Shown: positions 50,826 through 62,193 of the stretch, one piece after another
Layout: every line of letters starts with the position of its first letter
How positions within the stretch are numbered: the stretch's first letter is position 1
Assembly: GCA_026770705.1 (NCBI GenBank)
Contig: JANJGN010000055.1
Coordinates: 1,488,001 to 1,552,000, forward strand
Length of the DNA: 64,000 nt
Source of the DNA: Isurus oxyrinchus
Lineage: Eukaryota
Direction: 5' to 3'
Position numbers and translations under genes: made by a program
The notes under the pieces: model-generated
What the model was told of the DNA's origin: nothing
What the model saw: the letters and a program-made list of their open reading frames with translations, nothing else
Database searches by the model: none

Positions 50826-51330
50826 TCAATTGTGATCTTGTCCTATGGAAAGTGCCGCCTCTCCACCAGCGATACTTGCTACGCTGTGGTCATGGCACCA
50901 ACAGAAGCCCTCATCATTATTTCAGTGGTTATGCTAAACCGAATCAATGATTATTGTGTCCCGCTCAATTTCCTGAAAATTACGCGTGTGCAGTGTGCGC
51001 TACATCTTGTTTCTTGCAGCCACAGACTGTACTGCTTGGTTAACTGTCGCTTTCAATTTTGATCGATTCGACGTCATATGTTGCCAGAAGTTGAAATCTC
51101 AATATTGGACCAGATAAACTGCGGCTGTCGGTCTAGAAGCAGATAGCATTCCGTCCTGCTTAAAATAACCTTTCCAACCTAGGTTAGGTTTAACTATTAT
51201 TGTTATCGCAGCTCAATTTGCCGTTGTTCTAAAAATCCAAGCTATTTTAATGATGCATGATCGGTTGGTTTTATGATCTTCGAAAACAAAAAGCCTATTG
51301 CTTCCAATCGGGTTAATTCCATTGTTCAAC
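50826..51330 (+). pseudogene. GPR139/GPR142-like GPCR pseudogene B, 5' part of the main exon (TM1-TM5)
   Basis: IVILSYGKCRLSTSDTCYAVVMAPTEALIIISVVMLNRINDY, then (frameshifted) AATDCTAWLTVAFNFDRFDVICCQKLKSQYWT and LLPIGLIPLFN. Cut at 51330 by an LTR. Paralogous to 14265-15143. Confidence 0.85.
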
Positions 51331-52082
51331 TGTTATAACGCAGCAGTTGGTTAATACCTTTATTTGAAACTCCAGAGGTAAAATGTATACAACTACCATA
51401 GCCTTTACATTCAATTGGTATGTTGAATATGCATCTCTGAATTCGGAAATGAACCCACGAAGCCTCAAGAGGTGTGGATATCAAACTAAATTATATATTT
51501 ATTTATTTACAACAGGTTATGAAATATATACATATGTCTACAAATTACAACTATCACAATTTCTAAACAAATTCCCAAATTAATCTCCACTAAGGCACCT
51601 GTAACCAATAGACTTAACCAGACACCAGGTAAAGCATTTTCACCTTATTGTATCAAAATGACTATCCTTTCAATTTGGCTCCTTTGCAATGCTTATTATT
51701 TCTGTAGGCTTACAGGCTTTCATCTTACATGTCTCTGCAAAGCACACAGATACCGTTCTCTAATAACGATCCTTTCCTTTTGAATGTAAATTTCCATTGA
51801 TTCACCAGGTCCTTTGATCCCCTATCATTGTATTAGCTTTATTAATAACATAAGCATTGCTTGGCATCTCCTAGCTGCGTGCAAGAATACACACCCATTC
51901 CTGAATGCTCCATTCAACAAAATCTAAATGAACACTCTACCTCTACTTACGGCTCAAAATTACTATACATAAAAGTACCTAGACGAGTTGTCTTTAATCC
52001 AGTTAAAATTCGCATTGGCCAAACATCTACTAACAAAGAAAATTTCCAATATTATTATCTGCATGAATATCACTTCCTGACA
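51331..52082 (-). repeat. 3' LTR of element 3
   Basis: tgttat...cttcctgaca. Homologous to 61461-62188 (ctctgaattc..aaatgaaccc, tatcaaactaaatta, accaatagacttaa.cagacac). Confidence 0.85.
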
Positions 52083-55000
52083 TACCCATTCCTGTCGAAA
52101 AATGAACAGTCAGCATCCTAAAGGAAGTTTCCATTCTTTAATAAACCATCTCACACTATGTCCCATACTTATTAGCCTATTATATTACCAGACGCATGCA
52201 TTAAAATAAGGCATCGTTCCACTGCAATGACCATGTTTTTGAAAATCCACAATTTTCCTTTAACATTAAAACGCAGGTCCTCCACATGTATAATCCATAG
52301 AATAAATGGTTGTAATAATAATCTCTTCGTACAAGGTCTTGCACTTATAACACAAAATTTGTCCAAATCTTCATGGGATTGTGGTCCAGATAAATAATTG
52401 TTTCCAATGAATTGCTTGCAACATAAATTTCAAAATGCTGCGTTGCCAGCATTATTGAACTCTATTTCTATCGTTGACTGTCGGCTATGTTGCTCGTCCA
52501 GCTTCTGTGAAAAAATATCCGATCGATTTTACAATTCCAATGTTGTAAAGTTGTAACCGTACAGCCATAGTGTCTATATCGCTTGCATCAATGGTGAACA
52601 TAAAGTGGCATAATTGGGAACTTCCAAACTTGATGTCATAGTTAACACGTAGCTTTCGAACTACTCAATGACTTCTGACACACCAATGTCCATTGAAACT
52701 TCCTGTTCATTTATGATAATTCAGCCAGTGGAGCAACCACTCGGCTAACATTTGGCATAAATTTACCGTAAAACCCACTCATGCCCAGAAATATCATAAA
52801 TTCTTGCTTTGTCGGAGGTCCTGGGAAATCCACGATATCCTTGACGTTCACATTACCTGAGAGCAACCTTACAATTTCCAATGATATGTCCTGGATGCTT
52901 AACCTGCACTTTTGCAAAATCACTTTTAGCCGAGTTCAACGCCAAATGAGCTTCTTATATTCGAGTAAATATGTTTTCCAGAGGGGGTCAATATTCTAAA
53001 TACAAACGTTTAGATCATCAATAAAAGCAACACAATTGCTTAGACCCGCAATTAATTTGTTTGTCATTCTTTAAAATGTCACGTGTGTATACTTCATAAC
53101 AAATGGCATGAATTTAAACTGGTGTAGTTCACTTGGTGTTACAAAGGCTCATATCCCTATTGCTCTCTCTGACAAAGGTTGCTGCCACTTTCCTTTAGCA
53201 AGCCAAGCTGTGTGATAAATTTCGATTGTCCTACTTTCTTAATACAATCTTCCAACCGTCGTGTAGGATATGAATCCGTTTTTGTCACCACATCCATCTC
53301 TCCATAGTCCAGAGAGAGTCATAGTTCTCCAACTGGGTTCTGTACCAATGGATTAGGTGCACTCCATTTAGTGCAACTAGACTCACATATATAGTTTTGA
53401 AGCACAAAAGTAAGATATTTTTTGTATTTGGGATAACTTTGCCGGATTTAATCTGTAAGGATGTTGCCTGATTGAAGAAAGAACTTGCACTGAGGCATTA
53501 AATATAGCAAAATGCATGTTTCCCAAATTCTTTCCACAAATACACATCTGTTACTGCAAAATAATTTCCAAACCACTTTGACACTTGTTTGGAACGTAAC
53601 TAAGTAGTTCATTAAAACTTTCAAGCACCCCCTCATTTTCTAATTCGATTAGAGGAAATTTAATTGTAGAGACCTGCAGTTCTAATTGTTCTTCTTCAGT
53701 CACCATCAAAAATAGCTCTTTTTGTTCCTCTTCCCTGTGAAAGCACGTTTGAAGCATATGTTCGTGTCCGACCCTCTGCTTTTTGGTTATATCTGGAGTA
53801 TGTATTAAATAATTTCCTTCAATCAATTTCTTTCCGATCCTGTAAGGTCCAGTAAATCGTCCATTTAATGAATCAGTTCGCAATTGTAACTGAACTAGCA
53901 CTTTCTCTCCAGAAGAAAAACGTTGTGGTTTAGCCTGCTTATTTGCCTTCACTTTCGTCAATTGCTGTGATATGTTCAAATGTTTCCTCGCCAACTCACA
54001 TGCTCTGTTCAATCTTTCCCTGAAATCTTATGTAATCCAAAAAATATCTTTTGTATTTGACCCATCAATTTTTCATGAATCAGCTTCAGTTGCCCCTTAC
54101 CTTAGAGGCATACATTAGTTAAAAAGGGCTGAAACCAGTCGATGCATTTGGAGCATCTCTAATAGCAAATAAAAGGAATGGAATTCTTGCATTCCAATCC
54201 TGTGGATAATTCTCACAATATGCCGTTCTCAATGTCTTTAGAGTTTGAAGCCATCTCTCAAAAGTTCCCCGTGATCCCGGAAGATAAACTGTTGACCTGA
54301 ACTGTTGAATCCCCAAATTGTTCATTTTTTTCACGAAAGAGGTGCGAAATGAAATTTGAAGACTTATCTGATCGCTTTTTTTTCCCTACACCCTACACCA
54401 TAACATGCAAAAATAAAAAGTCCTCCACAATCCTCTGAGTTGAAATATTTCACAATCGTTTCAGGAAATCTCGTAGATACATTGATTATTGTCAGAAAAT
54501 ACTGATTTCCACTTTTGAACTTAGAAAAGGGTCCTACACAATCAATTGTAGCCCATGTAAAAGGTTATTCAAACGGTGGTATAGGGATTAAACGCATGGC
54601 ATTAATCACTGCTTGACATTTATGACAGGTTCTACAGAATTTTAATAAATCCCTATGCAAACTGGGCAAAAATGTAAAGGCAATGGTTCGTTCCCTGTGT
54701 TTTCCTAGTTCCTAAATTTCCACACATTGGAATTTGGTGACATTCCTCAGAATCTCGTTTTCTTTTACCCAACTGGGATGATAACCTGATGAACTTCAAT
54801 GCAGTCTTCATTTGCTAAGAAATGATCCGACTTCTGCTTTTACATTTAGATATCTCCCTAAAGATAATAAAATATTGGAGTACAGTTTGCGTCTCTTTCT
54901 GCATAGGCTTTCTGATATAACTCCTTTATTTGTAAATCCTTTATTCTGTAACTTCACTAACTTCGTTGAGTTAAACACTTCTGTTGAACGGTCCTGCCCT

Positions 55001-55225
55001 CTTTCCTCCAGAAAAATGATATCAAATACTACCCAAATAGCTTTTGAACTGCTTGCCCTTCGTGTGCGACTCGCTCTTCCCAGTAAGATTTTGACCTCGT
55101 TACAACACAATCAGGAAAGAATCCAGGATGTTCCTACTGTAACAGCTCTTTTGGAAATAATTATACAGGTTGCTCAACTTCTATAGGCATCAACCACATT
55201 TGCGATCCAGCTCTATCGTTGCACA

Positions 55226-55936
55226 TGTTGGCCACTGGCTGCAGCTGAACTGCCAGACACAGGCAAAAGCAACTTTTGAACTGAAGTCACTTGAGTCCAG
55301 TTGCTGGCCTGAGTAACTTTTCAAATCTGACTCCAATCACTGGGTCCGAACTGATTAGAACCGCTTTCAAAGAAGCTGCGTTTCTTCAAGACAATGGAAA
55401 TGTGATGCGTCCATATTTAGAAACAGAGAAACGAAATGATCCTTCAAGTCTTGGAACAGCGAATAGAGAAGATTCCAAAGATCAGAAAAGCAGACCAAAA
55501 CCAACGGGAAGAGAGACAGAACAGCTTGAAGATATACAATTCACCGTAACACTGAGAGGATTTCGGGCATCGGGCAGCGAGACTCTGGAGACCAACCATC
55601 GCAGAAGCGAGGGAAACTACATCCGCAACGTAGAGATGCACGGGAGAGAGAAGGGAATGCCTGGCCAGCATCAGCTCTCCTTTTCGGATACTAGCTTTTA
55701 TATTCTGTGACCACTCAGGGAGTGTCAGAGAAACCTAGTGTATGAGTGTTTAGATCCTAGTTCTGGGTATAAAACTGGATAACCTGCTGTAAACTGTATG
55801 TCTACATTTAAACAGATGTATGAATTGTGTGTAGATGATCTAAAGACGTGAATAAGCGCGTTTAAAGTTAAGAGAGAATTCGCTCTACTCCTCTGTGTAC
55901 TAAGCCATTAACCATTACCGGTAACCTCCTGCAACA
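55226..55936 (+). repeat. Putative 5' LTR of the ERV
   Basis: Begins TGTTG exactly where Gmr1 protease homology stops (~55222) and ends CAACA (5-bp inverted termini) just before a PBS. There is no second copy to confirm it. Confidence 0.6.
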
Positions 55937-55940
55937 TGTT

Positions 55941-55958
55941 TGGTGTCCCTTTGTGAGC
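55941..55958 (+). promoter_or_regulatory. Primer-binding site, elongator tRNA-Met-like (degenerate)
   Basis: tggtgtccctttgtgagc versus TGGTGCCCCGTGTGAGG, 4 nt after the LTR's terminal CA. Confidence 0.45.
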
Positions 55959-56064
55959 TCAAGGATACGTCTCTGAGTTCAGTTACCGGGAGACTCAGGC
56001 GAACCAATTTGGCAAAGTATAGGCATAACAGGAGTTTGGGTTAATTCATAGCTGTTAACATAAG

Positions 56065-57805
56065 ATGACGAATCAAAAGGAATATCTGTTTTGACTGGAA
56101 GGGAATTCTTCATAAATACATAATAGGGGAGTGGCCGCGTTACACGGAAAATGTAGGTCACATTGGTCACAAGGGAAATCCCGCTATAGAGGCCCTTTGG
56201 AGAATTGCGCAAACAAAGATGTCAGATAAGAAATTTAAAACAGGTACCGAAGTCCGTAGCGATCGGATGTTTATTTCAGGAATGGATAGAATGCTAAAAG
56301 CAAGCTAGGAGAGAGCGAGACAAACTAGAGGAAGAAAATAAGAAACTCCATGAGGAGTTTAGTGAGAAGTGCCTTAGTGAGAAGGTTACTGATTTAAAAC
56401 AGCAGAGAAGTGTGGATTTGTTGCACATGAACCGATATCAGTTACAGTTCGAAACATTGGCTGATAAAAAAGAGTAAGGGAGAGGGAGAAGCCCAAACAG
56501 CTAAAGCTGAGGAGGAGGGTTGGAAACAACAACGTAGTGATTTTAAAAGTGCTATGAATGTGATTCACAGAGCAGCTCAGGAAAAGAGGAGCACTACCGG
56601 TGATCACACAAAGTGTCAGAAACTAATAGTGAGGCTGCAAGATCAGCCACCTGCACAGGGGGGCATACAGTGTGCTTTTACACCCGGAAGAAGTGAAGAA
56701 AAATGTCAAGGGGATATAGATTGGGATGATTTAGCAGGCGGGGCGGATAGATACAACGGGGGTGACGAGAAAACTCCACCAGAGGATCCACCACCGGCAT
56801 ATAAACCAGATCCGGAAAAACTGTCTGCCCCAATGGCCCACCTTGTAACCACTAGAGCAAAGGTAGGGCTGATGGCCAGGGTCAAGCCGGGCCCAATATG
56901 ACATATTCCAGCCCACTTGGGATACAAGCACTGAGGGATATTGCAAAAGATATAGGGACGTGTGCACCCAGGGATGATCCGAGCGAGTGGTTCCTCGCAG
57001 TCAGGCAACAGGGAGGGGTACACGGCTTAGACGATGATGAGGGAAAATTAATTCTAATTTGCCTACACCCACATATATACTCTGCCCTACCGGAGGAGCA
57101 AAAACTTGGTAGAGGCACAAATGAGGCCTCAAAGAACCAGGTTTTACCTGTCATGGACGATAACAGAGGGGTCCCAGTGTAGGCGCTGATGAAATGCTAT
57201 CAAAGAAAAGGTGAATACACCACCACAGTTTGGCTCGCATTTGGGTGGTATTTTAATTGGCCAATGTCACTGGCCTAGATAAGAATAATTTACAGCTGGA
57301 GCTTAGGAACTGATGGCAGAGTATGCTCGTGTTGCAAGGCACTGAGGAGTCGAGGAAAGCATTGGATCATTTTAATTCCACATATGACGCACATAGAGAG
57401 CACTGGATAATGAAAAAGATAGTTGGAGTATGGGAAAGGGAAACACCAAAACTACTCAAGACATCCAGGGACAGAGCAATGCTTGTTAAGAATCAGCTGA
57501 CAACCTGGAGAAATGAAGGGAGGGGACCTCCTCAGTGGGACCCCGCTCCAGCCTATCAGACATTGGGTAGAGGCAGAGGAAAAGGAAACTTCTCGGGGAC
57601 GGGGAGAAATCAGGGCTAGGCGTCCAGATGGTATAACTGTGGCCGAGAGGGAAACTTCTCAAGCGACTGCCCAAACTGGAGACGAGAAAATTCAGGTCAG
57701 GGAGGAACCCGGAGCCTACCCATGGAAGGACCGAATAGAGCAAGTCCGCAGTGTGATATGATAGAAATACCAGCGAGTTCTGAGTTGTACCCCGAACTGC
57801 AATGA
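56065..57805 (+). pseudogene. gag: ERV gag (frameshifted and stopped)
   Basis: Coiled-coil N-terminal region, PPPAY (56788-56802), capsid-like block (ORF 56898-57182), GRGRGKG patch and degenerate knuckle WYNCGREGNFSSDC (~57629-57670). Ends at TGA 57803-57805. Confidence 0.7.
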
Positions 57806-60800
57806 CGGTCTCAGGCCTCTCCATAATGGGTGTGTGATATGCAGTGGGATGACACGGGAAGACCCCGAGTGAATGGTAGGGTTGGACGCTGGCCGATTAA
57901 ATTACTTTGGGACACAGGGGGATCCCACACCGCCTTCAGCACCAGTCAGATCAATGACATAGATTGGAAAATTAAAAATAACATTTTTCTAAGCCGATTC
58001 ACAGGACATTCACAAGTAGGATATGTGAGTGTACCGTTGGAAGTTGGTGTGGGAGACATATTGATAGAACATTCAGTGGCTCTTATCAAATTACCCAGAG
58101 AACTAGAACATCTTTCAGGGAGCGACTGTATGGTCAAAGCAGGATTCTGCTTTGACCTAGTTAATTGTATGATTTGACAAATGCCTTTGGACAAAGGCAG
58201 TATAAATCACACACTCACTGGGTAGGAAAATATCAGGATAGGATATGCACGATCGGGGAAACGTGGATAGAACCAGGAGAAATGAGTGACGATCTTCATG
58301 TAAAGCAAATTATTGCACAAAACTCAATATTAATCGTCCGACTAAAGCATGATTGTGGGAAAATGACCAGACGTGTGTGCATACAAGGTCCAGACTCCAA
58401 ACCACAAAAGCAGTACGGTTTACCAAAAGAAGCAGAATAAGGGATAGGAAAGGTGATACAGAGTCTGCTGCAGCAAGGGATATTAAGACCAATAGCTTCT
58501 ACTAACAATGCACATATATGGCCGGTGAGAAAAACCAACAGCAGCTGACAACTACAGATAGACTACAGAGAATTAAGGGAAGTGACCCCTTTAACACCCC
58601 TACTGGAGCAACTATCCCAGAGACAGTAGTTCGACAAAATGAGAATGGCAATGGTTTACAGTTTTGGACATAAGTAACGGTTTTTGGTCTAGTGCACAGG
58701 AGAAAGTATGTCAATATAAATTCGTTTTTACTTTCTATGGAAAGCAATATACATGGATCACCCTACCATAGGGATTTCAGAATTCCCTGTCCATATTTCA
58801 CCAACGTGTAAGGGAAGGGTTAAAAGGATTCTCGAGGCCTGAATTTCTAATGCAGTATGTAGACGACGTACGCCTGCAAATTGAAACCAAAAAGCAACAT
58901 AATCAACGACTAAGTGAATTACTGCAGTTAAATGACTTGGGATTAAAGATCAACCCTAAACAAGCGCAGATCATGAAACAATAAGTTACTTACTTGGCAA
59001 TGATTGTGACATCGGGGAAGAGGGACATTGACAAGCGTAGGATGAACACAGTTGGCAGACTCAATGTTACAAGACGTAAAAGGGTTAACGTCCTTCTTAG
59101 ATTTGGTGTGATATTGTAGGGACCACATAGATGGATTCACCAAAAAAGCAGCACCGCTAATGGAATTATTAAAAAAGAATTTGACCTGTGAGTGGAAAAC
59201 ATTACAAACCCAGGCCATGAACGCTCTAAAGCAAGCATTAGCTGCTGTGTCAGCTCTGAAAACCCCAAATCCAACTGAGCCATTTTCATTTGGGGTGGCT
59301 ATCACAGACACCACCCTTTCAGCAGTTCTACTACAGGAGACACATGGGAAATTACGACCCGTAGCGTATGCCTCACATATGCTCTCACCAGTAGAGCAGG
59401 GGTATACAATATGCGCAAAAGACTTGCTGTCTTTTGGGCAGTGCAGCATTTTACCTTTATAGTGGGAATAAACACAATTACAACATTAACAGAACACATC
59501 CCTGTACAGCTACTGAATTACGGAACGATTAAGGATGGTACAGTTAGCCCAAATAGAATCCCTAGATGGATAATGTTGCACGGGAGAAATATAACCATAA
59601 AGGGGGATAACACACTATCATGTTAATAGATAATTTACTTTATCAGGGAGAAAAACAGGAATGTCAAATGATGAACGCAAATGACTGCAAGGGCCCATTT
59701 GTATCAGAACAAAAGGGAGGGAGTAGGACTGGGCCTGAAAGTAGAAAAACAAAGCAAACAGGAAAGGAAAACCCTATTTTAAATCCTGGTGGATGGCTCT
59801 TCATCAGTACAGCATGGGGAAAGGAGAACTGTCTGTGGGATATCCATGGAGTATGAAAACGGACAGGAAAGATTTAGTGCGGCTTTGAAATATCCATAAA
59901 ACCATGAGTGTGCAGGGAGCAGAACTAGCAGCCATTGCATATGTGGTTCGACACCCGGAATATTTCCGCCTAGATCAGTCATATATTTTGATGGCATCTC
60001 TGTCTGTAATAGCCTCACAGAACATTTGCCCCTATGGGATGCAAAAGATTTTGTCTCTGCAGATGGAAGGCCTCTTCCTTCCTCCCCGCTATTACAATAC
60101 ATCTTTCAAGAAGCACAAGGGAAAGAATTTGTGGTCAAAAAAGTTAAAGCTCATTCAAAATTACCTCCCGATGGGAACAGGAAAGCTGATGACCTAGCCA
60201 AACGAGGTGCTGTAAGTGGAAAGGAATAGTAGCCACTGATTTTGGAAATCGGGGGCCAGAAAGAGAAGCAGGTTAAAGTAGTGGATTTAATGGATGAGCA
60301 AAAGAAAAATGGAGAATTGAAAAAATTAATAGAAGGAGCACAGTCAGACATATTTAAAAGGCACGAGGGGGGTCTATATTCAAAATTGAGTGGTTTTACG
60401 TGAGCGGAAATTTGGGGCACCAGAGGAGGGGCGAAAGCAAATTATCCACCAGTACCATGACTTATCAGGACATAAAGGAATGGAGAGCACCCTGTATTCG
60501 ATAAAGGAGGTATGCTGGTGGCCAGGAATGAAAGGTGGTGTGCACCACTATGTCAAGAATTGTTGATTTGTGCACAACACAACCCCGATAGAAATTTTAG
60601 GAAAGGGGCCTCCAACATAATAGACCAGTAGAAGGGCCTTGGACTAAGTTACAGATAGACTATGTAGGATCCCTTCCCCCACAACAGAGAACTACAAGGA
60701 TATTCTAGTATTATTGGATACCTTCACTAAACAGGTGGAAGCTTTTCCGAACAGAACAAACACAGCCAAAATTACTGCATTTTTTTTTTTTGGGAAGGTG

Positions 60801-61150
60801 TTTACATGCTGGGGTTTACCTGGAGGCAGAGAATTGCATCAGGGAACATGTTTTACAGCCCAAGTAATGCACGATGTTATGAATCTTTTTTTGGGATCAG
60901 GCAGAGATTCCACATACCCTATAGACCACAGTCTAGTGGAAGTGCGGAAATTCTGAAGCGGACATTGAAAAACATGCTAGCCAAAATGGTGCAGCAGCAC
61001 AAGACAAACCGGCAGATTGTTCTGCCCTATGTGCTGATAATAATCAGGAATACCATGGCTTCAACAGGATACACTCCTTATAGGCTTATGACAGGTAGGG
61101 ACATGAGGGGATTGGAGGGGTTGGTAGATCTGGATTTGGACTCAAGAATG
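57806..61150 (+). pseudogene. pol: ERV pol: protease, RT, degenerate RNase H (tether), RNase H, integrase
   Basis: PR LLWDTGGSHT. RT IWPVRK, LDISNGFW, KFVFTF, LP*GFQNS, QYVDD (58853-58867). RH-1 SAVLLQETHGKLRPVAYAS..LAVFWAVQHF. RH-2 ILVDGSS / AELAAI / IYFD / KVKAHS..GNRKADDLAK. IN HDLSGH..WWPGM..C..C, GPWTKLQIDYVG, PYRPQSSGSAE..NTMASTGYTPY. Confidence 0.88.
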
Positions 61151-61159
61151 AGGTTTGTT

Positions 61160-61406
61160 GATGCATATTAATCATTACTCGTTGTTCGGGGCTCAACTCT
61201 ATCAGGCTAGCTTTTGCATCGAAATAAGCCTTGCTTTGCTGTTTCTTCTTTCCCTGTCGGTGAGCAGTTACATAATTTGCTTCTTGTACAGTTTCTACTA
61301 GTTGTTGTACCCATTTTACTAAAATAATGTGTAAACACTTTCTCTAAAATAAATTTCGAAATAATTTTGGATGTGTTTGATCTGGTCGGAAAAGTTTCCA
61401 CCCACT
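61160..61406 (-). mobile_element. Inverted ERV integrase fragments
   Basis: Minus strand WVETFPTRSNTSKIISKFILEKVFT (copy of 60735-60806) joined to VKWVQQLVETVQEANY..KKKQQSKAYFDAK..PEQRVMI (integrase C-terminal linker). Confidence 0.7.
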
Positions 61407-61460
61407 AGGTTGACCACATTATATCAGACAAAATTGCTGTATACCCCAACAGTTCAAAAT

Positions 61461-62188
61461 TGTTATGCCATAGCAGTTTTAAAAGACTGTTATTTAAAAT
61501 CCGAGGGGACAACTTCCAACAATCGTCATAACCGATGTTTTCAACTGGAGTATTTGATATGGAACTCTGAATTCATAAATGAACCCGCCAAACCCCCAGA
61601 CGTCTCTATATCAAACTAAATTAAACTTGTATTGTTTTGCAAAAAAGGTATTAAACACATACACATGTCTACACATTTCTATTTTAAATTTTAAACAAAG
61701 TCCCAAGGAAACAATAACCAATAGACTTAAGCAGACACTAGGCGGAGCATTTTCACCAGACGAATTCGAAATGTAGTTCCTTACTGTTTGGTTCCAATAC
61801 TAACAGTTTTAATCTTACAAATTTTCAACTTACACGTCTCTGTGATGCACATGGGTTCACCCTTTGCTAAACCTAGCCTTTCTTTCTGAATGCAAATTTT
61901 CATTGTATGACCAGGCCCTTTGAAATCCGTTCATAGTTCCATTGTCATCAGTAATAAAAGGATTGCTTGGTGTCTTCCTAACTAGATGCAAGATTTCATC
62001 CGCACTCTTGAATGTTCTATTTAGCAAAATGCAAATGTATCCGCCAGCCCTGTTTACATCTGAAAACTACGGTACACCAAAGCACCCAGCCTCGCTGGCT
62101 TTCATCCAATTAGCACACACAGACTAATACTCGATTAAAAATGTTAGAAATACTCCAATGATATTATCATTACTTCCTCTTCCTGACA
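61461..62188 (-). repeat. 5' LTR of element 3
   Basis: tgttat...cttcctgaca, a direct repeat of 51331-52082. Confidence 0.85.
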
Positions 62189-62193
62189 TCAAA

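Larger units (their letters stand above)
55226..61150 (+). mobile_element. Endogenous retrovirus-like provirus (lokiretrovirus-type architecture): LTR-PBS-gag-pro-RT-RH-RH-IN; env and 3' LTR absent
   Basis: See the LTR, PBS, gag and pol entries. The two tandem RNase H domains and IN downstream of RT separate it from the surrounding Gmr1 elements. Confidence 0.8.
51331..62188 (-). mobile_element. Gmr1-like Ty3/gypsy LTR retrotransposon 3 (same LTR family as element 2), inserted in GPCR B and hosting an ERV
   Basis: LTRs 51331-52082 and 61461-62188. On the minus strand: protease end (~55220), integrase (ORFs 54119-54334, 53551-54012), RT (~53480-52700; FLGMSGFY) and RNase H (~52200-52700). 5-bp TSD tcaac (51326-51330) / tcaaa (62189-62193). 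Gag and most of the protease are missing. Confidence 0.88.

Noticed and set aside
55291-55710. 139-aa ORF upstream of ERV gag as an accessory gene
   Set aside because: It lies inside the putative LTR, starts at TTG and has no recognisable motif. It would need conservation in sibling copies.
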